DNA of 63,912 nucleotides, filler included, from Licmophora abbreviata (taxonomy: Eukaryota), in assembly GCA_900291995.1 (NCBI GenBank). It is 11 parts of 11 records of this genome, joined end to end, with 100 filler letters (N's around TTAATTAATTAA, not from the genome) between each part and the next. Parts side by side here need not be neighbours in the genome. Positions count along the whole stretch, not along the records: positions 1 to 5,145 come from OLMU01001946.1; positions 5,246 to 7,232 come from OLMU01001948.1; positions 7,333 to 20,916 come from OLMU01001949.1; 8 more parts are not named here. One strand, given 5' to 3'. The notes below the pieces were generated by a model, which saw only the letters and a list, made by a program, of their open reading frames with translations, did not search any database and had not been told where the DNA came from. How positions within the stretch are numbered: the stretch's first letter is position 1; each line of letters opens with the position of its first letter. This document shows, piece by piece, positions 1-11,145 of the stretch. The translations under genes and the position numbers were made by a program.

Positions 1-146
1 TATTTTCTCAAACATGCATGCCAGGCTTCTAACAGCAAAGGCGACCGTTGAGGCCTAAGCGTTGCGATTCTGAACCATTTGGACAGGCATTGTCACGACA
101 GAGAGAAGCGTACAAAGACCTTCTATTTACTCTAACGCAGTCAGTC

Positions 147-1271
147 ATGGACGCTTCTTCTCGGGGATTCCTCTCAAAATGCCTTCTTCTTTTGGGCTGT
201 GTCGGCCTCGCGTCGGTCATGCGCCTGGCTGCCATAGAGAATCAGCTCGTGCTGTTCCATACAGAGCACACGGGCGAGGACATCATTGCTCTTGAAGAGC
301 CAGACGAGGTCGTCTCTTTCAAGGCCCCTCATTCTTACCCAAAAGACAAGATCGAGGTTGTGATTGGTCACTGTCGCGAAAGCATTGACTGGCTGGACAG
401 ATTCAACACCTGCGAGAACATTCACTTTCAAATTTATTCGCCGTGTGGCGCAGACACGCCCGAATTTCGAAACATCAAAGACTGTGTCACTGTCCATAGA
501 AAACAGGACTGTTTCCGAGAGATTCATTCCTATTTTCTCTACGTTACGGAACGGTGGGACAGCCTGCCGCCCATTGTTGCCTTTCTTCAAGGAGGTGCCC
601 TCACGGAGAACCCGCACATTATCAATGATGTGCTGAACTATATCCCTGGGACAATGTATACCGACATGAGTCGACATGTAAGAGGGGCCTGGCACTTTCC
701 GGAGGATCCTATGCGCAGGCATTTTATGAAGATGATGACACCGCATCTGTTCGAGCGAAAGACTTGGTTGACTGGATGGAGAAGCCAGTTCATGGTTTCC
801 GGTGAAGCACTGAAACGTGTCCCTCTTGCCTTTTACGAAGAGTTCAATGCAGCCATGTGCGGAAGGAAATGCAATCTTAATATCGATTGCAATATTGAGA
901 TCTGGATCGGTGCAATGTTTGGTTGCGTTCCACACTTATACGAAGGAGAAGCATGCACCACAAAGGTTCATCCAATGTCGCGGCAGCTCTTTGTCGAGGA
1001 TCTCACAAAGGACTCAATGATGTCTATGAAGCAAAACATTGCTATCGAGACTACAGAAATGACTTGTGGCAATCGTACCCTACTTTCCTCTCAGTCGTCG
1101 ACCAACGGATTGTTCACTTGTGTGGAGAGAGATCCTGCCGAACAGGTCGACTTCCGAGAAGAGCTTTTCACTCATCACGCCGAGACGTTTCCGGATTTGA
1201 GCAACCTGACCTGGAAATTCATAAAGACATGCGAAGAGACCGAGATCACTAAATCACAGAGACGGTGGTGA
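147..1271 (+). CDS. DUF3431-like type II membrane/secretory protein
   Basis: ATG at 147 in the 48..1271 ORF; N-terminal hydrophobic segment (CLLLLGCVGLASVM); VVIGHCRESIDWL and REIHSYFLYVTERWDSLPPIVAFLQG resemble the DUF3431 pattern. Confidence 0.6.
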   Translation: MDASSRGFLSKCLLLLGCVGLASVMRLAAIENQLVLFHTEHTGEDIIALEEPDEVVSFKAPHSYPKDKIEVVIGHCRESIDWLDRFNTCENIHFQIYSPCGADTPEFRNIKDCVTVHRKQDCFREIHSYFLYVTERWDSLPPIVAFLQGGALTENPHIINDVLNYIPGTMYTDMSRHVRGAWHFPEDPMRRHFMKMMTPHLFERKTWLTGWRSQFMVSGEALKRVPLAFYEEFNAAMCGRKCNLNIDCNIEIWIGAMFGCVPHLYEGEACTTKVHPMSRQLFVEDLTKDSMMSMKQNIAIETTEMTCGNRTLLSSQSSTNGLFTCVERDPAEQVDFREELFTHHAETFPDLSNLTWKFIKTCEETEITKSQRRW

Positions 1272-1671
1272 TATCCTTTGCTTTTTGGGAGCGCTCTACG
1301 AGGACTACTCTTCACATATTCTTACATAGCGACTATTCAACACAGGTACTCTCTCTCTCTCTATTGATAGTACGCCCCTGCTGGAGTGGGCGTCCCTCTG
1401 TGCTAACAATCCTTTCAGGGGTGCCAAGGAGTCTATTGTCTACCAGGCACCGGCAAAACAAGCTACTGGTACCTGTTCTCGAAGTTCCGGCTGATAGATC
1501 GACGATTCGAATGAATCAAAATCTTGATCTTCAGACTGATGACTGATGATGACATCAAAAAAGTCAGCGCGACCATGTTGTGATGTCGACCCTTCAGAGG
1601 CCCTCAGAACAATCTTTTTCTTGTCCTTCGATCAGAGTTTTTCCCTGTTCATCTACTGTTGCCAACATACG

Positions 1672-4600
1672 ATGAATCCTGGAACAGAAATCAAAGTTAA
1701 CCAGGCAGTGAAACGGCTAGGGCGCGCCGAAGCTACTCAAACCTCTCGACGACGACGAAAAGTAGTATCACGCTGGTCGATGTCTCCTGCAGTCATCGTT
1801 TCTGCAATACTGGTATTGCACTTTATTCTGGTATACTGCGTCGATGATGAACCGTCTTCTAGTCGTTCTCCGCAGTGGTCAACTTGGGTACGGGACAACG
1901 TCAAGCGAATCCAGCATCACCAGCAGAACGTCGAACGCGCTCTACAAAACATCAAGCGCGCTTGGCAAGTTTCCTACTCCAAGCAAACAGAGCGAAAACG
2001 CAATCAAGAAGTGCTTCTGACGAAGCTACGGGAACAGCAGGGTCGTAGAATGGGGTGCACGACTGATATTCGAGACTCGACAAAGGCGGTTGAGATACGC
2101 GACACGGGTGCGATATCGGAAGTTCTTCAGCCGGGAATGGAAGGCAGTGATGCAGAACCATATATTGGAATGGCCTTTCATGTTTATCCAATCGACCAGA
2201 AGGACACTGATACTGCTTCAGACGACTTTGTGGAAACGGATGTCTACGAACTTCTAGAGCCAGTTGCGCTTGAACTTGGAAAGACGCCGCGCCATCACGC
2301 GGACTACGCCTACAAGCCAGTCGGTTCCATAAGCCAGATTGATCGAGACGCCAGCTTAACACTCAAGGCCGATTCGACTCTTGAGACAATAATGGAGAGT
2401 GCTTGGTGGCAGTGGTGGTTTTCAGTCGTAGGGTTCCAACGGAAGCAGCGGCGAAGGCCCGATGCGTATGAACGAGTCGGGGAGCGTGCCTTTGCTGGTG
2501 GGTCGCACGGGGAAGTCTGGCGTGGGCGGCGGCGATGTGGGCGCCAGAAAGCTCAATCGCAGGGAAATGCACCAGTCTGTGATGAAAATCGTCCATTGAT
2601 TCTCAAACGACTCCGAATCGAGCGGGGACCCGAGATACTGGAAGCCGGACTGAGAGAGGTCTATGTTGGGAACCAGCTTGCAAGTGAAGCCGACTCAGAG
2701 GACCTGTTCACAATCTTTGTAGATCACTTCTTCCGTGAAGTACCCAAACCATCTTTTCTTGGTGGAGCAAAATCCAAGGAGCTGGAGCTTTGGATCGTCT
2801 TCGAGGAGGCTGGAGCCTCACTAAGAAGTTACTTGTATACTCCAGTCTCAGCTGGCGGTTTTCTATTACATCAGCCTTCGTCATTCTGGACAACACTCCG
2901 AATGAAAGCTTCAAATAATTTTGACAAAAAAGATGCAGTGTCACTGAGTTTCATCCATCAAACCAACGGGACGAGTACTGCACGCGAACGTAACGGAGGA
3001 CGTGGCAAAGGAAAAGCGGTGATGCGCGAAATACTTCGCCATATCCTAAGTTCGACTGCGTATCTAAACGAGCACGGGATGATCCATCGCGATATCAAGC
3101 CGTCGAACGTCTTATGCAGATCGAATGTCGATGTCCATTCGAACGCTGAAGACATTGATGCTTCTCAAATTCATTGCGTTTTGGGTGACTTTTCATCCGT
3201 GTGGGATCCGTTCACAGATCAGAATCTATATGCCAGAGGTCCTTCTGCTGCCGAACAGACGGAAGAGTACGCGCCACCAGAAGCTCTTTTTGGCCAGTCG
3301 AAGCTTCCGTTTCACGAAAAGAAGCCACAAAGCTATGACTCTTGGAGCATTGGAGTTCTAGCTTTGGAACTGCTACTCGGCACTCCAAATGTGTTCTCGG
3401 TTGACCAGCGAACGACTGCCCTGCTGACCAACAAGATGAAGAAAGAAGGGGCATCACAGGACGAAATCGATCGTGCGCTCTATCTTGCTGCACTCTCACA
3501 GTTTTGTATTTATATGCCCGCGTCATCTGACAAGAGTTGGCCCCTCAGGCTTGGCGACCCACTTCATAACGCTGCCATGGCAAAAGACTCGTGTAACCTC
3601 GTCGATTTTCACCGCGCGTTGCGAGCCCGTGATCCTCTGGGGATCGGTTTCGACGAATCAGCTGACACACTTCTTCATCTGGTCTGGAAGTTGCTAGCCC
3701 TTGATCCTCTGGAACGTATGACGGCTTCGGAAGCTCTCATGCACCCGTACTTCACTGTGATTAACATACAGAACACGACTGAGGCTATCCCAGACGAATC
3801 GACGGCCCTCGAGTCTCTTATGCTGGATCCTAGAATGGATATGCGTGCCGATGAAACTCCAAGCAAGTTTGAATGCCCGCACTGTGGAAGAAGTTTTTCT
3901 GACTGGCAGTCTTGTCGTGCCCACGCTACCACACGAAAGCACGCAAAGTTCTGTGAATTCGACCGAAGCAAACTCCCGACTTGTTTGAACGCGCATTCCA
4001 TGCTCCCAGCACATCCCAGCTCGGGATATTGTGATATTCAGGGTCGACGACCTACAATTGAGGATTTCCATTCAATCCACTTGCAACAGTCGCATCAGTA
4101 CTATGGTGTGATGGACGGTCACACCGGAAATCTGGCCAGCAAGTACGCGGCATCTATGCTTTACGACGAGGTTACGAATCGGCTGCTCGATTTGCATAGC
4201 CTACTAGACCGGGCTACCGAGGAACAAATGTGGAAGCAGGAAGTGGAACGCAACATGACGGATGCCTTTGAGATGGTTCACGAAAACTTCCTTGACGCTG
4301 TGAGCTCTGCTCCGGTGGGTGCTATGGATCAAAGTGGAACTACCGCCACAACGGTGTACGTCACAGAGGATGTGATCGTTATTGCAAGTGTCGGTGATTC
4401 TCGGGCGGTCATGGCTTCAGCATACAACAACTCACAAGGCTCGTTTGTTGCGCGTGCGCTGACAACCGATCACATCGCGTCGGATCCGGTGGAACGAAGA
4501 CTTGTTGAGAAGCGTGGAGGAGTGGTCACTGGCTCCAACGGAGGCCTTCCACGCGTGAATGGTACGTTGGCTATAACTCGCTCCATTGGCGATGCCCATC

Positions 4601-4929
4601 TTTCTCCCCTACTTTCACGGGTGCCGTCTGTAGTGACTCTAACCCGCACTGAGTTCAGAGACTTGTGCGGTCGACCATCGGGTCGCTACATGGCAGAAAC
4701 CGATGTGCCTTGCTTTCTTGTACTGGCGTCGGACGGTCTTTGGGACGTCACGAGCAACCAAGAAGCTGTAGACATGGTCTCTCAAGTTGTGGCTGCATAC
4801 GACTCAAAACACGGAACTAGCTGGGAAGATGGAGGGGCGTTCCAGGACGCCGCTGAGAAACTGACCCAGGAAGCATTCGTTAGAGGTAGCACCGACAACA
4901 TTGGTGTTTGCGTCATAGCCGTCGACTAG
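1672..4929 (+). CDS. Protein kinase - C2H2 zinc finger - PP2C phosphatase fusion with N-terminal hydrophobic segment
   Basis: Kinase motifs GGSHGEVW, LILKR, HRDIKPSN, GDFSS, YAPPE; zinc finger CPHC-x12-H-x5-H; PP2C motifs RRPTIED, DGHTG, SGTTA, VGDSR, TRSIGD, ASDGLWD, STDN. Start is ATG 1672 or 1546. Confidence 0.9.
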   Translation: MNPGTEIKVNQAVKRLGRAEATQTSRRRRKVVSRWSMSPAVIVSAILVLHFILVYCVDDEPSSSRSPQWSTWVRDNVKRIQHHQQNVERALQNIKRAWQVSYSKQTERKRNQEVLLTKLREQQGRRMGCTTDIRDSTKAVEIRDTGAISEVLQPGMEGSDAEPYIGMAFHVYPIDQKDTDTASDDFVETDVYELLEPVALELGKTPRHHADYAYKPVGSISQIDRDASLTLKADSTLETIMESAWWQWWFSVVGFQRKQRRRPDAYERVGERAFAGGSHGEVWRGRRRCGRQKAQSQGNAPVCDENRPLILKRLRIERGPEILEAGLREVYVGNQLASEADSEDLFTIFVDHFFREVPKPSFLGGAKSKELELWIVFEEAGASLRSYLYTPVSAGGFLLHQPSSFWTTLRMKASNNFDKKDAVSLSFIHQTNGTSTARERNGGRGKGKAVMREILRHILSSTAYLNEHGMIHRDIKPSNVLCRSNVDVHSNAEDIDASQIHCVLGDFSSVWDPFTDQNLYARGPSAAEQTEEYAPPEALFGQSKLPFHEKKPQSYDSWSIGVLALELLLGTPNVFSVDQRTTALLTNKMKKEGASQDEIDRALYLAALSQFCIYMPASSDKSWPLRLGDPLHNAAMAKDSCNLVDFHRALRARDPLGIGFDESADTLLHLVWKLLALDPLERMTASEALMHPYFTVINIQNTTEAIPDESTALESLMLDPRMDMRADETPSKFECPHCGRSFSDWQSCRAHATTRKHAKFCEFDRSKLPTCLNAHSMLPAHPSSGYCDIQGRRPTIEDFHSIHLQQSHQYYGVMDGHTGNLASKYAASMLYDEVTNRLLDLHSLLDRATEEQMWKQEVERNMTDAFEMVHENFLDAVSSAPVGAMDQSGTTATTVYVTEDVIVIASVGDSRAVMASAYNNSQGSFVARALTTDHIASDPVERRLVEKRGGVVTGSNGGLPRVNGTLAITRSIGDAHLSPLLSRVPSVVTLTRTEFRDLCGRPSGRYMAETDVPCFLVLASDGLWDVTSNQEAVDMVSQVVAAYDSKHGTSWEDGGAFQDAAEKLTQEAFVRGSTDNIGVCVIAVD

Positions 4930-5145
4930 AAACGCTCGACATATGCCGCTCGTTCCATAAGAACATATCACCTCCTCGTAAGCTAGACGGAAGCAGCAAT
5001 GTTCCTACCGCACATTGTGAAACGCTAACTCAAAGACACCCACCATTTCTTTGGATTTTAGCCCACTTCTGATTAGTGTCCCTAGCCCTAATCACCCAAC
5101 GCGCAGCCGCCTTTGCTTTTCGTCGATTGCGCCGATGAGCGCCGA

Positions 5146-5245
5146 NNNNNNNNNNNNNNNNNNNNNNNNNNNNNNNNNNNNNNNNNNNNTTAATTAATTA
5201 ANNNNNNNNNNNNNNNNNNNNNNNNNNNNNNNNNNNNNNNNNNNN
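5146..5245. other. Artificial scaffold gap linker N44-TTAATTAATTAA-N44; also at 7233-7332, 20917-21016, 22280-22379, 24531-24630, 29461-29560, 45276-45375, 50395-50494, 58688-58787, 62417-62516
   Basis: Ten 100-nt blocks of the same design; the palindromic 12-mer places stop codons in all six frames. Confidence 0.97.
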
Positions 5246-6603
5246 TGACTGGAAACGGAAATCTTTGGACCTGGGGTGGTGGTATGTACGGAAAGCTCGG
5301 TCACGGAAATGAAAGCGGCCACTCGACACCCAAACGAGTCGAGGGGCTCGTCGGATTGGTAGTATCGCAGATTGCCTGCGGTAGTCGCCACACGGCCGTC
5401 ATCACCTCGACCGGATCGCTATATACGTGGGGCGATAAGGAAAATGGTGTGGCGGGACATGGAGATTGTGAGGGACATCAGTATACGCCGAAATTGCTGG
5501 AAAAATTGAGTGGAAGGCGCGTTGTGCAGTTGAGTGCCTGCGGGTTTCATACCGGGTGTTTGACGGATATGGGAGAGCTCTACACGTGGGGGGAAGGCAA
5601 ATTTGGACGTTTGGGACATGGGACGGAGAGAAACTCTCACTCTCCGCGCCTCGTCGAAACCATGCTGGGCAAGAGGCCGCGTCAAGTCGCATGTGGCGGA
5701 TTCCATACGGCTGTCATTACGGAAGATGGAAAAATGTACACATTCGGTGGCGGCGAGCACGGACAGCTCGGACATGGCGACCGTGTCAACAAGGTCAAAC
5801 CTACATTAGTCCAGGCGTTGGATAATGTCTTCGTCACGCAAATCACGTGCGGGTGGTCTCACTCCGTTGCTCTCACGGCGAATGGACGCGTGTACACTGT
5901 TGGGAATGGCGATCATGGAAAGCTCGGACACGGCTCCGGGCGCAAAGTATCAGTACCACAAATGGTGGATAAACTCAAGGATTATCGAGTGATCCGTGTC
6001 GCATCCTACAATGAACATACGGCTGCTCTCGTGGAACCATTCGATCAAGGCTCGGGCATGGCGGGTGTCCATGCGATTCCGGTCACGACCGAGTACTCGT
6101 CGCAGATGCGAGCGCTCGTGAATGACGAGGAATTTTCGGATGTAACTTTTCTGTTGGATGACCAGCAGCCAGTCTATGCGCATCGTGCTATTCTCGCCCA
6201 GCGGTGCGAGCACTTTGCCGCCATGTTTCGCTCAGGTATGAGGGAAAGCGTTGAACGTACAATCACTATACCCAATATGTCAAGAGAGGTCTTCCTCTTG
6301 CTTCTTGAGTATGTTTATACAGACTCTGTCAAGGTGGAACTGGAACACGCGGTTGATCTATACATTGCCTCGGATTTATATCAGATGGAGCGGCTTCGGG
6401 ACATGTGCTGTACCGTCGTGCGAAGGAATCTGAATGCTGACAATGCACCTGCACTCCTGCAGGTAGCATCGGAAGCCCACTGTCAGGTTCTGAAAGAAGC
6501 TTGCATGACATATATTGTCGACAACTTTGATGTGGTATCGAAGACGGACGGCGTCAAGCAGCTCAGTCACCCGATCCTTCTCGAAATTCTTTCGCTGAGG
6601 TAG
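5246..6603 (+). CDS. RCC1-repeat and BTB/POZ domain protein (RCBTB-like), 5' part lost in gap
   Basis: Repeated (Y/W)TWG..G.LGHG and ACG..HT motifs; C-terminal BTB (FSDVTFLL..VYAHRAILAQRCEHFAAMF..GMRE..LLEYVYTD). A possible start ATG lies at 5135, before the gap. Confidence 0.9.
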
Positions 6604-6681
6604 TTGTTTGGAGAGTCGAAGAGACGGCCATTGTAAACTACCTTACGTCGTACTATATATAAGCCACAGACTACTTATGTG

Positions 6682-8288
6682 TTACATAAGATCGCAACTG
6701 GGTGTTGAGCGTCGACATTTCTGTTCTAGGCGTTCCAGTGTTGTGCGAGTGGCTTGAATTGACGGGTGGTTGGAAGGCAGTAGCTGTTTTTGCAACGCCA
6801 ATACCGTCACAGTTCCCTTGAGAGCAGCCGAATGACTCTTTCGCTTTTCTAGAATAACGTTCTTCTTCATGATGGTCTCACAGCATTCCATAGTCCATCG
6901 ACCGTAGTGTGCGGTTTGTGCGGTGAGCATGATTTCATAGTACTGCGAAAGAGGTTAGTAGAGGAGTGATGCGGTGAGATATGGTAAGATTATGATCTGC
7001 GTGGTGGCGTGTAGAAGTCATGGCGGTGAGACCCCATACCTTGAGGGCGGAACCATAGTTCTTGGCTCTGCAGTGTGCGGCACCAACATTATCCAGAGTC
7101 GTAATCACAAGCGGATGGCATGGTCCCAATAGCTCTTCTTGTTTCTGTGAAACGTGGGCAGACATTGTTGTTGACAGGAGGTCAGTCACCACACAATGAA
7201 CATCACAAAGATCACACCATCTATGAAACGTCNNNNNNNNNNNNNNNNNNNNNNNNNNNNNNNNNNNNNNNNNNNNTTAATTAATTAANNNNNNNNNNNN
7301 NNNNNNNNNNNNNNNNNNNNNNNNNNNNNNNNCGCAGCTGGATTGAGCCAATATTGCAGAGCATTTCAGCCACAACCTCGTCGAGATCTGGCGACTGTGT
7401 TTGATACAAGCCCAAGCAGTCTTGAAAAATTGCAAGGGCTGCCTGTAGCTCACCCATGTCATGATAGACATATCCAAGGTGACATTTCATATCCGTCACG
7501 ACGACATGGTTGTCCCCAAGGTGCAAGCGAGCTCTAGCAAGCGCGTCGCAAAGGGCTGAGATAGAAGCCCGATACAGGTGTCGATGTTTCTTGGCAATGG
7601 CGAGCTTGAGTAGTGAGGTCTAGAAAGATACGATAAAGGATCGACATGGGTAAGTATCAGTATGAATTAAGAGCTAGCCAAAGAAGAGTTCCAGATTTCG
7701 ACTTACCGCCACATCCATCGGGTTCCCACTGGAGCTCTTCTCGAGAATATGCACTGCTCTGGAAAAGAAGTGGTCTGCCAGGTCAAAGCTGTGGTTGTTC
7801 AGGTGGACCATTGCTAGATCATGAGTAGCGATGCCAACTCGGGCATCCTGCGGGCCAAATTGGATCATTGTCATGTGGAGGATCGACTCGTGTGTTGATA
7901 CTGAACTACTCTCTTGCGTAGCAGCGTCATCGTCCTCTTGAGCTTCGGGAAGAAATGGGGGCTCGAGAGAGGAAGCAGAACTCCGAGCTAGTCGGGAATG
8001 CTTCTCGCCAAAGTTCCACATCATTACAGAGCAAGGTGATCCCGGGTTGTCGGACTTTCCAGCCTCTGAGGAGCCGAATGACGACGTCTGCCGCACACTA
8101 CTACTGGCGGCTCCGTTGCTCTTGGTCGACCGGTGTGACGCGGGCGATACCGGAGGGCGAGGGAGCGGCGCGAGCGGCATGGTGGATGCTGTCATGGATC
8201 TCTTGTCACGTGTTGTGGTCGTTGCTCCTCCTCTTGTTGTCTTGTTTATTTTATCGCCATCGACGGTGCTACTCCGAAGCATCTTCAT
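6682..8288 (-). CDS. TPR-repeat protein (kinesin light chain/nephrocystin-3-like TPRs), multi-exon, interrupted by gap
   Basis: Successive minus-strand ORFs with LG..HP.V..TL.N.G-type repeats (LGPCHPLVITTLDNVGAAH; LGDNHVVVTDMKCHLGYVY; LLPSNHPSIQATR) and a low-complexity N-terminus; exon boundaries not fully resolved. Confidence 0.75.
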
Positions 8289-8785
8289 GGTGTCATCACT
8301 ATCATACAGAATAGTTGGAGTTGCGCGAGTTTTTACTGCTGTGATCGAAACGTGGGCTAAAAAAACGTCTGAATCCCACAAATTCGACTCGAATATATAA
8401 GCTCACGAAGCAACTATTGTAGAACTGATAGAACATACCAGTAAGCTACAGTTTTGATGTCAGATCATTAGAAGCGATGCACATGTTTAAGATAAGTCTT
8501 AATATATTTCATTGAAATTTTGACATTGTCATCCACTTATTCCATCATCCATGACTGAAAATATTTTGGATAAATTGGTGTCTGACGTATTCTAAAGCTC
8601 ACAATTTTGGCATCCTCGAACGGGTTTCCACGACCGCGACAGAGAAGTCATTTTCTGAACGCTATTAATGGTCATATTGGATACTTCCATGGATTTGACA
8701 GAGAAGAGAGTCACATGACAGAATTTTCTCGGGAAGATCTGTTGGGAGCTCTGATGTTGCAGAAGGAGATATGTTTTGGGGCACC

Positions 8786-9682
8786 ATGACAACGAGGACG
8801 GCAGCTGTGATGATGGCCGTGATGTTGTTGGGAGTCGTCGTCTTGATCGACCGTGACATACGCTCGTCTTCATCGTCCAGTCTCCGCTCACGACAGCTTC
8901 AATCCAAGCCAGTGATATACACATTCTACAATCGCTTGTTGGAGGACGAGTGGGTGACTGCCATGTCGCCGGAAGCTGACAGCGCACTGTTGAGCGCCTG
9001 GAAATCAGCATGGGAAAATGCGGGGTGGGAGCCCAGAGTTCTGTCACTGGAAGATGCCAAGAAGCACGTAGAGTTTAACTACATACAGCATTCTGTCGAC
9101 CAACTTAATCTGGATGGATACAACAAAATGTGTATCTTCCGATGGGTCGCCATGGCGGCAGTCGACGGTGGGTGGATGAGCGACTACGATACCTTTCCGA
9201 TTCGAGATTTCTCGCACGAGGCCATGCCACTGCCTCATAATGGATTTTTGACGGTACATGATCGTTTTGTTCCAGATTTGGTTTCAGGGAGAGGGAGCGA
9301 ATGGATGAGACTAGCCAAACGCATCGTCGAAAATACACAGAACCATATTACCCCAGACGACAACCCGAGAAGGAGGAAATACACTTTGTGGAGCGACATG
9401 AAGGCATTGGTCGAGCTATATGAGAAGCATGGTGGTCGGATGTTTCAAAGCGAGGCTAAAGTCTTAGGAAATGCATTTCAAACGGATGGGACAAGTTGGA
9501 CCACAGAACTCTGCCAGCAAGTCACACCTACGTCAATAAAGGCTGTTCATTTTTCTCACGCTTCAATCAAGAGGGCCAAAGCCGAGGGGAACCTGAAGCC
9601 AGACCAAGGGATGCATCAGAGAGGGGAAATTGCCACAGATTGGCTTGAGATGTGGAGAGAAAGTTGTGGGAGTGTCAGATAA
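8786..9682 (+). CDS. Putative DxD glycosyltransferase-like type II membrane protein, tandem copy 1
   Basis: N-terminal TM helix; AWENAGWEPRVLSL; RWVAMAAVDGGWMSDYD resembles the GT32 R....GG.Y.DxD motif; late His (VHFSH). Confidence 0.6.
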   Translation: MTTRTAAVMMAVMLLGVVVLIDRDIRSSSSSSLRSRQLQSKPVIYTFYNRLLEDEWVTAMSPEADSALLSAWKSAWENAGWEPRVLSLEDAKKHVEFNYIQHSVDQLNLDGYNKMCIFRWVAMAAVDGGWMSDYDTFPIRDFSHEAMPLPHNGFLTVHDRFVPDLVSGRGSEWMRLAKRIVENTQNHITPDDNPRRRKYTLWSDMKALVELYEKHGGRMFQSEAKVLGNAFQTDGTSWTTELCQQVTPTSIKAVHFSHASIKRAKAEGNLKPDQGMHQRGEIATDWLEMWRESCGSVR

Positions 9683-9895
9683 GATATCTAGCACACCTCT
9701 TATCACTTCATAGGGGTAAGCGATAATGAAGAGAAAACGACGAAAGTTCTACGAGTATTTCAATTTGCCTCCGGGTCTCCCTAAGAAGATGACTTTCCTT
9801 TCCACCTCCTCATCCCGCGAAAAAGAAAATGACCGTGAGTCCCCGTGTCCCCGCGGTGGTCGAGACACAATGAAAAAAGAAGAAGTTACTGCATC

Positions 9896-10816
9896 ATGAT
9901 CGATCGGGAAAGGCTCGCTGTTGCCGGTGGAAAGATAAGCGCGTTCCTTCTGGGAATGTCGCTCGTAGGCGCTCTCTTGGTCGTGTCCAGGCGATCGTCG
10001 TCGTCTGTTTCGAACGCCACCTTTCCTCGTCGTCACCTCCAGGATCGACCAGTTATGACCACCTACGCTCCTAGTCATGCACCGACAGACATGACAGCTG
10101 AAGCCGACGCGGCTCTGCTGCATGTGTGGAAGTCAGCCTGGTACGACTCAGGCTGGCAACCTCGCATTCTCACACTAGACGACGCCAAGAAACATCCCGA
10201 TTTTGATGCCTTAATGGGCCTTGTAGACGAGGAAATTGTCGGACCTCACAATATGGATTGTTACATTCGCTGGATCGCCATGGCAGCAAACGATGGAGGA
10301 TGGATGGCAGAATACGATACCTTGCCTATGAATGCATTTCTAAGACATGGACGAGATCTTCCGAACGGAGGCGTCTTGACTCTTTACGATGGGTCGGTCC
10401 CTGATTTGGTGTCTGGCACAGCCCATGAGTACTTTCGCATCGCCAGGCGCATCGGGGAGAGTCTCAACCGACACGTTCATTCCATCAAGCGGCACAGCGG
10501 TCGTACTAGTCAAGAAGGGCACCAAAATAACACTCAATGGAGCGAGACAGCCGCTCTCCAACAACTCCTGGAGCATCATCCTGACTTGTTCAAGAGTCGA
10601 CAGGATGTACTGCATGGCGAGAACGCCCTAACGGGGACAGTGTGGACAGAAGAGGACTGCGAAATGGGCCGTGGAAAACGAGCAATGCATCTCTCGTATC
10701 GCGCCATGCTAGAAGGGCAATCGCCGTATCGAGGATCCATCCATCGACCAACCGTAGCAACGCAATGGCTGAACATGTGGAGACGAAACTGCGCCGGTAC
10801 TGACGTTGAAGGTTAG
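9896..10816 (+). CDS. Putative glycosyltransferase-like type II membrane protein, tandem copy 2 (EYD variant)
   Basis: Clear paralog of 8786-9682: AWYDSGWQPRILTLDDAKKHP, RWIAMAANDGGWMAEYD, VPDLVSG, WLNMWR..C. Confidence 0.6.
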   Translation: MIDRERLAVAGGKISAFLLGMSLVGALLVVSRRSSSSVSNATFPRRHLQDRPVMTTYAPSHAPTDMTAEADAALLHVWKSAWYDSGWQPRILTLDDAKKHPDFDALMGLVDEEIVGPHNMDCYIRWIAMAANDGGWMAEYDTLPMNAFLRHGRDLPNGGVLTLYDGSVPDLVSGTAHEYFRIARRIGESLNRHVHSIKRHSGRTSQEGHQNNTQWSETAALQQLLEHHPDLFKSRQDVLHGENALTGTVWTEEDCEMGRGKRAMHLSYRAMLEGQSPYRGSIHRPTVATQWLNMWRRNCAGTDVEG

Positions 10817-11145
10817 CAATGGAGTCCGTTGAGTAGGTTGGTGTACTCTAGGCTCTCTATTTTTTCTCAATTTCATTCCAAGCTGTGTGCCGCATTCAGA
10901 AGTAGACGAGGGTTACTCGTAGAAGGAACGGATACTCGTGCACATCAGAGCATGACCTCAGCTCTGTTCACTACAAAGAAGTACTTGGAGCTCGCCCGGC
11001 GCGCGTCTGACCGACGAGCGATGACGACGAGATGAGCACACAGCACACGCGGCATCATGTCATCATGTCGCATGATGCTGTCGATCACATTGTGTGTGCA
11101 GAAGCTGATGGAGGCTTCGCTTGATGTCCGATTGCAGCACGCAGC

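Noticed and set aside
1349..1362. Short (CT)n microsatellite, also (AG)n near 55600
   Set aside because: Ordinary short intergenic simple repeats
5079..5100. Telomere-like CCCTAGCCCTAA
   Set aside because: Only two imperfect units; not an array
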